DNA of 62,988 nucleotides, filler included, from Octopus bimaculoides (Eukaryota): the NCBI RefSeq assembly GCF_001194135.2. It is 6 parts of 6 records of this genome, joined end to end, with 100 filler letters (N's around TTAATTAATTAA, not from the genome) between each part and the next. Parts side by side here need not be neighbours in the genome. Positions count along the whole stretch, not along the records: positions 3,524 to 26,934 come from NC_069008.1; positions 27,035 to 44,432 come from NC_069003.1; 4 more parts are not named here. The stretch is one strand, 5' to 3'. Below, one piece after another: positions 14,025-27,375 of this stretch (positions within the stretch are counted from its first letter, which is position 1; the number at the start of each line of letters is the position of its first letter). The notes beneath the pieces are model-generated. The model saw only the letters and a program-made list of their open reading frames with translations. It did no database searches and was not told the origin of the DNA. The position numbers and the translations under genes were made by a program.

Positions 14025-15918
14025 TCCCAGCCAGAACTAGAGTAACATGGTGGTAGAATGATGTGGTAAACAGAGCCATTAGAGCAAAGAAATGGGCCTG
14101 AAATGAGTGAAAGAGTGGGGGTAGCAGGGAACTGTATCAGATAACCAAGAGAGAAGCTAGGAGACAGGTATATCTAGCCAAGGAAGAAGCAGAAAAGAAG
14201 TTTGCCAATGTTCAGTGATGTGAGGAGCAGAGAACTGAAGTGTTTTGGATTGCAAGACTGTGTGAGAGAAAATCATGATGTCATAGGGAAGAAATGTATC
14301 TGCATGGATGATGGTGCACTTGAATTTGATGATTTTGCAAAGAAAGAGGCTTGGAGATGCACTTATAAAAGACTGCTGAATGTGGAGAATGAATGGGAGG
14401 AGGAGAATCTGCCAAAGGTTGACTCAATTGAGGGACCAGCTACCTGAATTGACAGTACCTTGGTAAATAAACAAATAAAAGATATGAAGACAAGGAAAGC
14501 CTTCAGCCCATCAAGAATCACCGCTAAGATGTTTAAAATATATGGCGGTGTGGGTTATTGTCTAGTCACCCATATTGTAAATCAGGTGGTTCATGAAGGA
14601 ATCATACCCAATAACTGGTGTAGCAGCACCGTAGTCAATAGCTACAAGGGTAAAGGTGATGTCTTAGATAGAAAAAATTACAGAAGTATCAAATTGTTGG
14701 ATCAGGGGATGAAAGTTACAGAGAAAGTCATAGCCGAACTAATTAGGGAAAGAGTAAGCCTAGATGAGATGCAGTTTGGTTTTGTGCTAGGCAGAAGAAC
14801 CACTGATGCTAAATTCCTGCTAAGACAGTTGCAGGAGAAATACCTAACCAAGATAAACCTCTGTACTTGGCCTTTATTGACAGGGTCTCCTGATTCCTTA
14901 TCTGGTGGTCAATGCAGAAACTAGGGATAGACATACAAGCCCTGTACAGGGATGCTACCAGTAAGGTGAGCATTGGCAATGAGTACAGCAAAGAATTCAG
15001 GGTACAAGTAGGGGTCCACCAAGGATTGGTGCTCAGCCCCTCTTGTTCATCATAGTCCTCCAGGCAATAACAGAGGAATTTAAGATGAGCTGCCCCTATG
15101 CTGATGACCTTGCTCTTATAGCTGAATCACTACCAGAACTAAAGAAGAAGTTCCAGATATGGAAGCAAGATCTAGAATCAAAGAGCCTAAGAGTTAACCT
15201 GGCAATAACCAAAGTCTTAGTAAGTAAGAATGCAGATAAATCACAAATCTCTTCGGGCAGATGGTCCTGCTTGATCTGTAGGAAAGGCATAGGTAGAAAC
15301 TCCATAAGATGCACCTGGTGTAAGCTTTGGACACATAAAAGGTGCAACAATATCAGAGGAAGGTTAACGGGGAAATTAGCATTTGTATCTGGAAGATGCA
15401 CAGGTACAATAAATGCTGAAAATGTACAGAAAATAGACTCCATCAACTGCCAGGGGGACAAGCTAGAGGTAGTTGATAGCTCCCATTATCTAGGTGACCA
15501 AGTTAGTAGTGGAGGGGGATGCTCTGAGAGCATAGCTGTGAGAATAAGATTAGGCTGGGCAAAGTTCAGAGAACTCCTACCTCTGCTGGCAACAAAGGGC
15601 CTCTCTCTCTCAGAGTGGAAGGCAGATTGTATAATACATGTGTGCAAACAGCTATGCTATATAGCAGTGAAACATGGGCTTTGACAGCCAAGGATATATG
15701 GAGGCTTGAAAGAAATGAAGCCAGTATGTTTTGCTGGATGTGCAATGTCAGTGTGCATGTTTGACAGAGTGTAAACATCTTGAGAGAAAAGTTAGGCATA
15801 AGAAGTATCAGATGTAGTGTGCAAGAGAGACGACTGCACGGATATGGACAACAACAGCTGTATAAAGAAGTGCCGGTCTCTAATTGTGAAGGGAACCTGT
15901 GGTAGAGGTAGACCCAGG
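14025..15918 (+). mobile_element. RTE-clade LINE, degraded ORF2 with reverse transcriptase and an inserted Cys/His finger
   Basis: YKGKGD..DRKNYRSIKLL, QFGFVLGRRTTDA, GVHQG, YADDLAL motifs over several broken frames; same family as 11790-12630. Confidence 0.92.
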
Positions 15919-15929
15919 TTTCCTGAATT

Positions 15930-16490
15930 CTCTGTAGAATTTCTTAGCATCAGTTTCAAATATCTTACTTTGCCTGTGAAAACTGTTTCTCTTTCCATAC
16001 CTCTGTAAGCATTAGGCCTTAACCTGCATTTTTTGCTTAACTATCTCTTTTGCACTCAGTACTTCATTCACGTTTATCAGGTTATATTTTTGTTTGATCT
16101 TTCTAGCCATTCTCATCTTTACATTATTTATTTTGGAGAATTCGTCTTCGATCAATAATTCCTGTTGGAAACTCTTGATCCCCTTATGTATGCACTCTTT
16201 CCACCATCAGTGTTCGTGTGCTTTTTTGTGAGCCTTTTTCTTTAACTTGACACCTATTTTCTTTGTGGCAGCAATAGCTGCTGAGTATAAAATAGCTGCT
16301 GAGTATAAAATAGCTGCTGAGTATAAAATAGCTGCTGAGTATAAAATAGCTGCTGAGTATAAAAGATGGTTTAATGTGGTTAAATCTGTCTCAGTTTCAA
16401 AGAAGAGCTGCTTCAGGGCATGGTCATATATTTTGATTGTGCAATTATTCTGAAACTTTGGTAGTTGTTCCCTCTCATTCATTTCTAGAT
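15930..16490 (-). mobile_element. Degraded non-LTR retrotransposon fragment (N-terminal region of an R4/Dong-like ORF)
   Basis: TETDLTTLNHLLYSAAIAATKKIG resembles the pre-RT region of this family (recognition only). Confidence 0.5.
16273..16362. repeat. Five perfect copies of an 18-bp unit AATAGCTGCTGAGTATAA
   Basis: Counted directly; reads (LYSAAI)5 on minus. Confidence 0.95.
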
Positions 16491-16764
16491 GTTTAGAAAT
16501 GCCTAGCTCTATGTGTGTGTATAATGACTAATGCATACATTTCCACAATTCTCAACCGATTTTCACTAAACTTTACACACTCATTACTTATGTGGCAAAG
16601 ATGGTCATGCACTATAACATTTTGCTCAGAGCTCCTGCATAAATGGACAAACCAGGAAAAACGGTAGTTTACACAGGTTTTTCTCTAATTCGTTGTATGT
16701 ACATAGTTATTTTGTATGTAGGGTCTTCCATGTTCTTTACAGAGAGCTTGTCACAGGGCAGAGA

Positions 16765-16880
16765 AACTTTGGCCGCCTGAAGCTGAGGTACAGGGACGTG
16801 TGCAGGAGGGATATAAAGGCACTTGGTATCAATACCAATTCCTGGGAGGATCTCACAGCTGACTGAACCAAATGACCAAA
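16765..16880 (+). mobile_element. RTE/BovB-type LINE C-terminal fragment
   Basis: Plus frame GRLKLRYRDVCRRDIKALGINTNSWEDLTAD*TKW matches the RTE C-terminal pattern. Confidence 0.8.
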
Positions 16881-17339
16881 TGACAGGTGTGTTTACTAGC
16901 TTATACATATAAGCAGGACCCTGGGAAATTCTACGAAATACAAAAAAATGCAAGCATCTTTAAAAGAAACATCTAATTACAGTGTAGAAAAGTAAAATAT
17001 CCAATATTGGCTGAAGACCCAGTATATAGAATATGGTAGTTAATTATATTGCAGGAAAGTAAAAGTAACATCTGATATTTGATGTGGTTATGTATCTTTC
17101 TACACTAAAAATACTAATAAACATTTTAAAAATTAAAATGAATACCACCTTCCTTTCAGTCACTGCTCACTCTCTCTCTTTCGCTCTCACTTTGCCACTC
17201 ACTTCAACTATACCTCCTCTGCTTAACACTTTTTATTTCTCCTTTTCTTTCTACCTCTCCCTTCAACTGTAGAAAAGTAACAGTAATATCCACAGCTATT
17301 TGCTGAGAGAGAGAGACAGTCAGAGGGAGAGAGTGTGTT

Positions 17340-17404
<65 letters not shown>

Positions 17405-17894
17405 GATAGATAGGCAGATAGATAGGCAGATAGATAGGCAACATTTCTTTTTGCGATTTCCCTATTTTAAACAGCTTTATCATCATATATCATCCAAAAC
17501 GAAGTTTTCTCCAGCATTCTCTCTTTGAGAACGGTTTCATTCTCTTTCACTGTTATTCTCTATCCACTCCTTTCTGTCACTCAATCTATCTCACTAAATC
17601 TCTTTCTCTCTCCCCCTCCTCTATGTCTCTTTTCCTCTAATCATCCTCCTGTGTTTAACATGTTATATTTCTCTTACCTCTCAGTGATATCAATCTCTTC
17701 TCTCTCACTCCCTCTTACTCTCCCTCTTTGCCACTTTGCTTCTCACTTCAAGTATACTTCCTCTGCTTAAGTTTTATTTCTCTCTTTTTACCTTTTCCTT
17801 TCAAGTGTGACACATACCACAGGTACATATGTACGTAGGTATTAGCATATTTATATTATTGTTTATTTTCCTTATTGAGTAAGAAAGCAATGGA

Positions 17895-18330
17895 TGTCAT
17901 CAAAGTGATACTGGGGTACACATATATGAAACCTAATTATGTCTACCTGTCTGATAAGGGTACACCAGGCACATGCATCACAACTATGTGTGCGTGACAT
18001 GGTGATCTTATATCAAGATAAACAGCACATGACCTTGCAGGTGAGGTCTGGTTAAAATTTTTTCAGGTTGAGTAGCCCATCCCACTGAAAAGGTCCCTGA
18101 ATAAGGTTTGTTTAAGGATGATGACCAAAAAAACCTTTGCTTTCAGAGATGAATTATTCAAACCCCAAAGAGTTCCTCTCAGCACATAGCTATGATGCTC
18201 CCCAACTACTTCTGCTCATGATCAGAAATGCACATATCGTCAGCCCCTAAGGGACATGCTCAACTGGTTAAGGTCAAGCAACTGACAAACAAACCTCTGG
18301 TGTTGAGCAGAATATTTGCTGTTGCCCATT
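17895..18330 (-). mobile_element. Interspersed SINE-like repeat; inverted copy at 24020-24465
   Basis: gagcagaatatttgctgtt here versus aacagcaaatattctgctc at 24020; colinear over about 430 nt. Confidence 0.8.
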
Positions 18331-18812
18331 TTTTATGCCAAGACAAAACATGCATGTGATAACACTTCCAATCAGTTACGAACAGAAGCCAGTAATAGTA
18401 GTAGTGGGAGTAGTAGTAGTAGCAGTAATAGAAGTAGCAGTAGCAGCAACAGCAGAATTCACAGCAGCAATAGTGATAGTAATACTGGTTTCAAATTTTG
18501 GCACAAGGCCAGGATTTTGGTGGGAGGGGGTAAGTCAATAACATGTTCTCCCCCCTTATTCAAGTGGTCCTTATTTTATCATGCCCGAAAGGATGAAAAG
18601 CAAAACCAACCCCGGTGAAAGACAATAATATTATAGTTGAAGATAACAAAACTAAACACACACACCCATGTGCACACATGCATACAACAATGCACTTATG
18701 CACACACACACATATGCATATACACACACTCCTACACACACACACGCTCATACACACACACTCACATATATGGACATACACATATGTATGCACTCATACA
18801 CACACACCTTAC

Positions 18813-18984
18813 CTGGGTCATGCATCAGTTTCATATTGAAGCTACAAGTGGCTGTGTCAAAGGTTCCTTCCATCAAAAAGTTTTCTTGCAGGAGTTCCTT
18901 CTTCAATCGTCGCACCACAATTTGGTATGTCCCCTCAGTGTCAACAGAAGCAGTAAGACTAATTTCCTTCTTTGGACTTAAAAT
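18813..18984 (-). CDS. Probable downstream exon of the same gene (ILSPKKEISLTASVDTEGTYQIVVRRLKKELLQENFLMEGTFDTATCSFNMKLMHDP)
   Basis: aaattccag / gtaagg, 172 nt, phase 0 to 1, non-repetitive open frame; needs an unseen upstream exon to join phases. Confidence 0.65.
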
Positions 18985-20269
18985 CTGGAATTTTAAACAA
19001 ATTTTCATTTACTTGGATTTCATTTAGAGCTCCGTCTTCTTAGTTTTGTTCATTCTTTACTTCAAATGTTGTTTTATTCTTTTACCTGCTTCAGTCATGA
19101 TGCACTGCTTCAAAGAGTCTAATTGAATGAATCAGACCTGGTACTTACCTTTTATAAATCTAGAACTTATTCTGTCAAACTCATTTACCAAACTGGTTAG
19201 TTATTGGGACATAAACAAACAAATGCTGGTTGTTAAGTGGTGTTGGAACAAACACAAAGATACACACACACACTTACATATATGTGTGTTTGTGTGTGTA
19301 CTCGAGAAGACCTGCCCACCACAACAGAATTGAGATCCTAAAACCAAGGTACCGTGTAAAGAGATTTGGTGAGGGTGCTGGTGTTACGTAAAAAGCACCC
19401 AGTACACTCTGTGGAGTGGTTGGCATTAGGAAGGCATCCAGCTATAGAAACCAAGCCAAAACAGACTATGCAAAACATTTGATATCACTTGAAAATATTT
19501 AATATAAATAGAATATAAACAGATATTTATATTCTACATCTAAATTAAGTGTTTATGAGTGATGCTAAATGTTTCCTTTTTCAGTTATTATTTTAATCTA
19601 TAACCACCTACTCAAGGAGAAATCACTTTGATAGGCAGTCTCAACACCACATTTTCCAGTTGCAGCTTTAGCTGTAGTGATTAACAAAACTCAGCACTCA
19701 TACTTCATACCTATTAAATTATGTCAGCTGATGAACACTGCATGTATACTCTCTATATATAATTCATTTAACTTAGGAAAAGAGAAGTCAAATCAACGTT
19801 ACAAATGTTAATGAAAGTAGTTTATTCTATACCAGATATAGAGTTATGCAATACGTGCAATGTATGTGGCATTTACAACAACATTAACTGTTCACTGACT
19901 CCCTCAGACATCTATAAGTTGATTGTGTTTCAAATTAGGATATGTGAAGATGTGAAGGAACATTATCATCATTATCATTGCTTAATGCCCGTTTTCCATG
20001 CTGGCATGGGTTGGATGGTTTGACAAAAGCTGGGAGAGCTGTCCAGACTCCAATTGTCTGTTGTGGCATGGTTTCTACTGCTGGATGCCCTTCCTAATGC
20101 TAACCACTTTACAGAGTGTGCTGGGTGTTTTTTTTTTTACATACCACTGGTAATGGGAGCATTTACACAGAACCAGCATGAGTGCATTTTGTGTGGTACC
20201 AGCACCTGCAAAGGACATGCCTGTATGTATGGATGACAGTGAAATTACATTAGCTTGACATATCTTCTC

Positions 20270-20600
20270 AAGTACAGCAAATCACAATTTCTGGTTCCTT
20301 GTCATTTCCTCAGTGAAGCCCAGCATACAAAGATCCTTTCTCACCACTTCATCCTATGTCTTCCTGGGTCTACCTCTTCCACAGGTTAGAGCTCAACACT
20401 TCTTTATGTAGCTGTCCTCATACATATGCATCACATGATCAAACCAGTGCAGTCTTCTTGCACACATCTAATGCCTCTTATACCTAGTTTTCCTCTTAAA
20501 TCATTAACACTCTGCTGTGTGTGCACACTGACATTACCCATTCAGTGGACCATGCTGGCTTCATTTCTTTCATGCCTTTGAAAGTCCTCGCAGTAATGCT
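20270..20600 (-). mobile_element. Third short 3' fragment of the RTE family
   Basis: Aligns by eye with 11850-12150 (cttcctgggtctacctct, gctgtcctcatacatatgcatcacatg). Confidence 0.75.
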
Positions 20601-22524
20601 ATTACAGATATAGCATTGGATTTTGTCCCATGGTTTCCACATATGAATCTTGGACCACCATTCAGTCATAATTTGTGCAAGCAAGATGAATGGCTGCTGT
20701 TTATGTGATAGTTTGGTTGCTTGTCTGGAACATTCCATGAGCAAAGCCTATAAATACAGTCAATTTAAGCACCAATTTCACAGACATCTGAGCCAGTATG
20801 ACATTCTCATCAATCAGAATGTCTTGGGTTAAGTTTGAATTACACTCTTTATACAATAGGATCAGTTAAATATGATTTTATTCAACATATTCCCCTCTCA
20901 GATTCATACACTTATTGCAGTGATCCTTAAGTTTTTCTAAGCCTTGTAAAAGAAGTTGGGCCTCCTACCATGCCTTTCACGATACCCTTAAAACCAGGAA
21001 CTTTTCAGTATCCCCTCATACAGCTGTTCTCATATCTACATATTCAATCGAAGATAGTTGAAGAAGACATGACACAACACTTGAATATTTACAGAATATG
21101 TAAAAACCAGCCCAAGTGTTAAATTTCAAGCAGACATTTTCCTTGCATGTCATATTACACTGTTTCATCTTACTGTTTTTATTAATTGTATTGTGACATG
21201 TCCCATTATGATAATGTATTTCATCATCTCTGCGGGACTGGTCCAAATGGCTTACCTTCGCCGATTGACCTTACTGACTGTATCAGTCCACTATTTATTA
21301 GTAGTGGACCAGCCCATTTCTCACATGGAAGAGTCTGCCACAACACCTACCCATTTTGAGATTTTTTTTTCAACACAACCATGTTTTTTGTATTTTCATT
21401 ACTATTCTTTTTCTTCCACACAAAATTATCCTCCTTTCAAATAAGCTCCACTGTTTCATCTTACTGTCTTTATTAATTGTATTGTGACATGTCCCATTAT
21501 GATAATGTATTTCGTCATCTCTGCGGGACTAGTCCAAACAGCGTACCTTCACTGATTGACTTTACTGATTGTGTCAGTCCATTATTTATTAGTTGTGGAC
21601 CAGCTCACTTATCATCTGGGGAAGTCCACCACAACATATTGCATTAACACATTTCCTACTACTCTAACAAAATAAATTATGCTCAAACACACACACACAC
21701 AAAAAAAAAGAGACTTTTGTTACACTTATCTTTTGTCTTTTACTTGCTTTAGTTATTTAGACTATGGCCATGCTAGCACACCACCTTGAAGAATTTTAGT
21801 TGAATGCAGTGACCTCAGTACTTATTTTTCTAAGCTTAGTACTTATTTATGTGTGTGTCTGTGAATATATATATATATATATATATATANNNNNNNNNNN
21901 NNNNNNNNNNNNNNNNNNNNNNNNNNNNNNNNNNNNNNNNNNNNNNNNNNNNNNNNNNNNNNNNNNNNNNNNNNNNNNNNNNNNNNNNNNNNNNNNNNNN
22001 NNNNNNNNNNNNNNNNNNNNNNNNNNNNNNNNNNNNNNNNNNNNNNNNNNNNNNNNNNNNNNNNNNNNNNNNNNNNNNNNNNNNNNNNNNNNNNNNNNNN
22101 NNNNNNNNNNNNNNNNNNNNNNNNNNNNNNNNNNNNNNNNNNNNNNNNNNNNNNNNNNNNNNNNNNNNNNNNNNNNNNNNNNNNNNNNNNNNNNNNNNNN
22201 NNNNNNNNNNNNNNNNNNNNNNNNNNNNNNNNNNNNNNNNNNNNNNNNNNNNNNNNNNNNNNNNNNNNNNNNNNNNNNNNNNNNNNNNNNNNNNNNNNNN
22301 NNNNNNNNNNNNNNNNNNNNNNNNATATATATATATATATAAATAAATACACACACAGAGACACGCACAACTGTTTTCTTTCAGTTTCTGTCTAACAATT
22401 CCACTCACAAGGCTTTGGTCAACCTGAGGCTAAAGAAGAAGACACTTGTCCAAGGTGCCACTCAGTGGAAGTGAACCAAGAACCATGTGGTTGAGAAGCA
22501 AACTGAAGTACTAATTACAGCCAC

Positions 22525-23910
22525 TCAGAAACAAGCCTTTGGGATGAATTTTATAAAGGTACAGGTTGACAAAACTCAGTCAGAAATCATATGTAGAATC
22601 TTTGGGAAAAGGAGACAAAAGTATGAACCATCTCTTGAGTTAATGCAGTAATTCAGCAAAAAAGAGTATAAATGCAAGAATGAATGTGTCAGTAAAAGTG
22701 TGCATTGGGATGTTAGCCAATGCATTGATGCAATGTAACAGAATAGTGATATGATCAGGAACTTGATACTGCCAACAGAATTTTATGGGATTTTCCCCAT
22801 AAAGACCGGTCATACTATTGAAGCAACAAGATTAGATATGACTACAAAGAACAACAAAAAAAGTGACAAAAAAAAAAGATAGCTGTAATATCACAGACTT
22901 TGCAATATATAATAATAGAATGGATACCAAAGGAACTGAAAAGCAGCAGGACTCAGCCTAGAGGGATGAAGAAATTATGGAAAACTAAGATGACAATTAT
23001 TCCTGTAGTAATTGTGTATTGGCACAACACTGACACTGCTACCTTAGAGGTTGAAGGATATTGGAATTTAGACTTGCATTGTCAACTCGCAGAAAAGTGC
23101 AGTTCCATATCCAACCAGAACCTTAAGAAAGTTTCACGAGATTTAAGGAGACTTGTTATCACAAAACCTCAAGATAACACTCCTGCTAACTAATATTGTA
23201 TCTAACAGTTTTAATGCACAAGTTCAAAACCTGCCCACCAGACATCACCAAACACATACTGAGAAAGAATACAAGCAACTGCAGAATATGTAGTGATGGG
23301 GGAAGAAACAACAGATCATATTGTCTCTGGTGGCCCAGTCCTGGCTAAGAAGAAATATATCCACATATATAACAGAGTTGGGACCTTTATACACTGGAAG
23401 CTATGCCAAAACTATGGAATGACAGGAGAAAAAAGATGGTATAGGTACACCCCAGAAAAGTCCTCAGAAGATAAGAAAGCAACCATGCTCTGGGATATGT
23501 CAATACTCAAAGCCAATAACCCAGATATAGTTGTCAGAGATCACCAAGAAAGAAAATACCTTCTAATCGATATATCAATACTTAAAGATCACAATGTATC
23601 TCTTAAAGAAATAGAGAAACTCTCAAAATACAAAGATCTGGATAGAGCGGTAACTCAAATGTGGAGTCTAAAAACAGAAACATTCAGACAAACACATAAC
23701 CAAAACACCAGGACTTATGAATGTATAACATACAGAAAATAACACTTCTAGGCACTGCACACACCCTACATAAAGCACTTTTAATACAGTGAAAATAAGA
23801 GCACCACAGCATATACCTAAGGCACATGGAGCTGCGCTTGGTAGTGCCGTGAAAGCACATGATACAAATAAGAATACTGAATAATAATAACCATACTACT
23901 AACAATAATA
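22525..23910 (+). mobile_element. Two tandem 3' fragments of an R2-superfamily (R4/Dong/HERO-like) LINE with zinc knuckle and restriction-like endonuclease
   Basis: ETTDHIVSG..VLAKK.YI, LWDMSI..ANNPDIVV...LLIDISI...EKLSKYKDL, terminal KITLLGTAH and (AAT)n tail; older copy at about 22525-23010. Confidence 0.85.
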
Positions 23911-26595
23911 ATGATAAAAGTTCTGATGCAGTGCCAGGCAGTGGCTCTCATGTCTTTTGATCTTAACTGATTGGAAGTACTATTGGGTACATATTTTGTC
24001 ATAGTATAAAAAGTGGGAAACAGCAAATATTCTGCTCAACATCACAGATTTGCTTGTTAGTTGCTTGACCATAACCAGTTGAGCATGTGAACCTTGATAG
24101 CTGACAATATGTGCATCTCTGATCACAAGCAGAAGTTATGGGGGAGCATCATAGCCATGTACTGAGAGGAATTCTTTGGTGTTTGAATAATTCACCTCTG
24201 GAAATAAGAGCATTCATCATCCTTAAACAACCCTTATTCAAGGACCTTTTGAGCAGGATGAGCTACTAGACCTGAAGAAAATTCTAACTGGGCTCCACCT
24301 GCAATGTTATGTGCTGTTTATCTTGATGTAAGATCATCATGTCATGCACATATGGTTGTGATGCATGTGCCTAGTGTGCCCGTATCAAGCGGGTAGTCAT
24401 GATGGGTATATTGGGCTTCATATATTTGTACCCCACTGTCACTTTGATGCCATGCACTGCTCTCTCACTCAATAATGATAATAACTAGCTGGACCTGTGA
24501 AAACTTTATGGAAAACATAAAAAATGTAAGTTGTGTGCTGGTGCCATGAGAAATGTTTCTATATTGTGACAGTAACAGAATATAGAAAGAAGTGTAAAAC
24601 CAATAACTATATAATCCAACCAAAATATCTGTTACGCAAACATAAAAAAAGGACTTTCTCGGTTTAGTGGTATGGAACATTCTTCTGGTATTCTTTTATT
24701 CTTTTACTTGTTTCAGTCATTTGACTGTGGCCATGTTGGAGCACTGTTCTTTAATTGAAGAAATTGACCCCTGGACTCATTCCCGGTAAGCCTGGTGATT
24801 ATTCTATCAGTCTCTTTGCCTAACAGCTAAGTTATGGGGATGCAAACACAGACACATAAATATATACATATATATATACAGACACACACACGTGCACGTG
24901 CACACACACATATTTATATGATGGGCTTCTTTCAGTTTCCATCTACCAAATCCACTCTTTGGTCAGCCCGAGGGTATAATAGAAGACACTCTTTAAAGTA
25001 TAGAGTTGAATTTCTTGTAGCCACCTGTTGGCAACTTTCTCCTCCAACCATTTTGTAGCGGCTATTACCCATTTTTCTGGTTTCTTTTCACAGCTATGCC
25101 TCATTCAAAATTTGCATTAGTTTTTGTATGAAAGGAAAAAAAAAAAAGAAAGGAAGCAGGCTTGTTTGTAGTTTGTAGAGAAAACATTAAACGTGCCTGA
25201 AAAAAAAAAAACATGGTCTTTCCCCCAACTAAAAGACCTGCAGAACTATGAAAGAAGGCGAATAAGTACTGGGGTGGGAGAAAGAAGAGAGAACTAACAC
25301 TTGATCATTCTAGAACTCCCAGCATAAAAACGTAAACACCTGAAAGACTTTCCTTCCATTCATTACTAAATATCTTTCTCTCTTCTTCATTGTTAAAAGT
25401 AAAGAAGCTTGAAAAGATCCATTGTATTTCAGTCTAATTGTCATTGTAAATGACTGGTGCTTTCCTTTCTCTGTCTTTATCGCTTCACTCCTTTTCCCTA
25501 TGGTTAAGTGAGTGAGGATTCATGGCTCAGTGGTTAGTGGTATTTGGCCTATGATCATAAAGTCATGAGCATGATTCCCGGCAGTGCACTGAGTTCTTGC
25601 GCAAGGTACTCTACTTCACTTTGCTGCAGTCCACTCAACTGGCAAAAATGAGTTGTAACTGTAATTCGAAGGGGCCAGCCTTGTCACATTCTGTGTGAGG
25701 TTGAACCTCCCTGAGAACTATCTTATGGTATGCATGTCTGTGGAGTACTCAGCCACTTGCACATAAAGTTTATGACTAGACTGTTCTGTAGATCAGATAA
25801 ACAGGAACCTTGTTGTCATAACTGACAGAATGCCATTTCTTAGAAAGAGTGAAAGAAAAGGAAATGTTCCATATTGTAAAGCAAAAATGTCAGTGAAAGC
25901 TAAGACAAAATAATTGCTATTCCGTCGTGTAGTGACTTTGTCCTTACTCACATTCAGTTTAACAACAGCCTGTGCATCAGTATTTATCTGAGGGCGTGGC
26001 TTCAGGATCTGTCAGACCCACAAATGCCTCTGTTAAGACCAGATTAATACCCACAGTGACCCTAATGACTAAAAAGATTTTCCTGCCCCTATATAGGGTC
26101 TTTTTTGTTTTCTTCCAACCACTTGAAGGTTTATCTAGCTCCAGTTCACTCAGCTGGCCAAAATGAGTTGTAGCTGTAATTCAAAGGGGTCAGCCTTGTC
26201 ATATTCTGTGTGAAGCTGAATCTCGCTGAGAACTACATTAATGGTATGTATGTCTGTGGAGTAATCAGCCACTTGCGAGTTAATTTTATGCTGGTGTGGT
26301 AATGAAATATTTGCTGTAGTTATTTGTCTTTGATGTAACAATGTGTCTATGTATGTATGTATCAACTTTTTTTGCTATGTATCGGTCTGCTCTGAAAATA
26401 CTGATAAACATTAAAAAACACAAAGCGAATGCTGTCACCACTCACTGTCTCTCTCACTCTCACTCTTTTCTCTCTCACTCTCACCTCTCTCACTTCCTCT
26501 CTTTCCACCTCTCTCCACTCACTTCAAGTATACCTAGTGTGACACACACGTCAGGTACATGCAAAAACAAAAAGTTGGCATATTTAATAGTATTG

Positions 26596-26636
<41 letters not shown>

Positions 26637-26639
26637 TCC

Positions 26640-26934
26640 CCACACATGGATTCTGGAAACACTAGCCATAAACAAGGTGGCACCAATTATTATAAAATAC
26701 ATAAGGCACTCAATGAACAAATGGCAGACAGTGCTACAGCTCCAAACAAAAGACGGACTTGTGAAAACGAAAGCCATCCCCATTAGAAGAGGAATATTCC
26801 AGGGAGACGCGCTCTCTCCACTCCTGTTCTGCCTGGCACTCACACCTTTAACTGAATTGCTAAATTGCTAAATAGAACTGAATGCGGTTACAAATGCTAC
26901 GGAAAAACAGTCAGCCACCTTCTATATATGGATG
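26640..26934 (+). mobile_element. RT core fragment of the R4/Dong-like LINE, cut by a gap
   Basis: PHTWILETL...IRRGIFQGDALSPLLFCLALTPL, then HLLYMD leading into YMDD. Confidence 0.9.
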
Positions 26935-27213
26935 NNNNNNNNNNNNNNNNNNNNNNNNNNNNNNNNNNNNNNNNNNNNTTAATTAATTAANNNNNNNNNN
27001 NNNNNNNNNNNNNNNNNNNNNNNNNNNNNNNNNNATATATATATATATATATCTACGCACATGGTTACTTCTGATAAGACCAAATGGAGGAGAAACCTCC
27101 CAGGTAGCAAAAATGGATGGATGATGACAATTATACATCAATGATGAGAGAGTATGAAATGCTTCTGCAGTTTTAAGGTTTATACAACAAGATTATTGAA
27201 GAAGTTTACTTAC

Positions 27214-27375
27214 GTATAGTACAGTCGGTTAGTTTCTTGCTTCCGACAGCCTTTGTTGTGGTTCCTGTTGGGCAAGGTAGACAAATGTCATCGATATACC
27301 ATCTTCTATAGTAACCAAGTGGACATAACTCACATTTTCCACGGATCTTTTCACTCCCAGATGGACATACCTCTT
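27214..27375 (-). CDS. Exon, ephrin-receptor-like repeat 3 (EVCPSGSEKIRGKCELCPLGYY...CLPCPTGTTT...DCTI)
   Basis: ttattatag / gtaagt, 162 nt, phase 1 to 1. Confidence 0.95.

Noticed and set aside
16669-16953. 94-aa minus ORF with a good acceptor, resembling a terminal exon
   Set aside because: Its plus strand encodes an RTE C-terminus (GRLKLRYRDVC...WEDL), and its phase does not fit the preceding exon
25945-26070. Candidate bridging exon with acceptor at 26070 and gtgagt/gtaagg donors
   Set aside because: All three frames from that acceptor hit stops; the later acceptors are phase 0 with weak pyrimidine tracts
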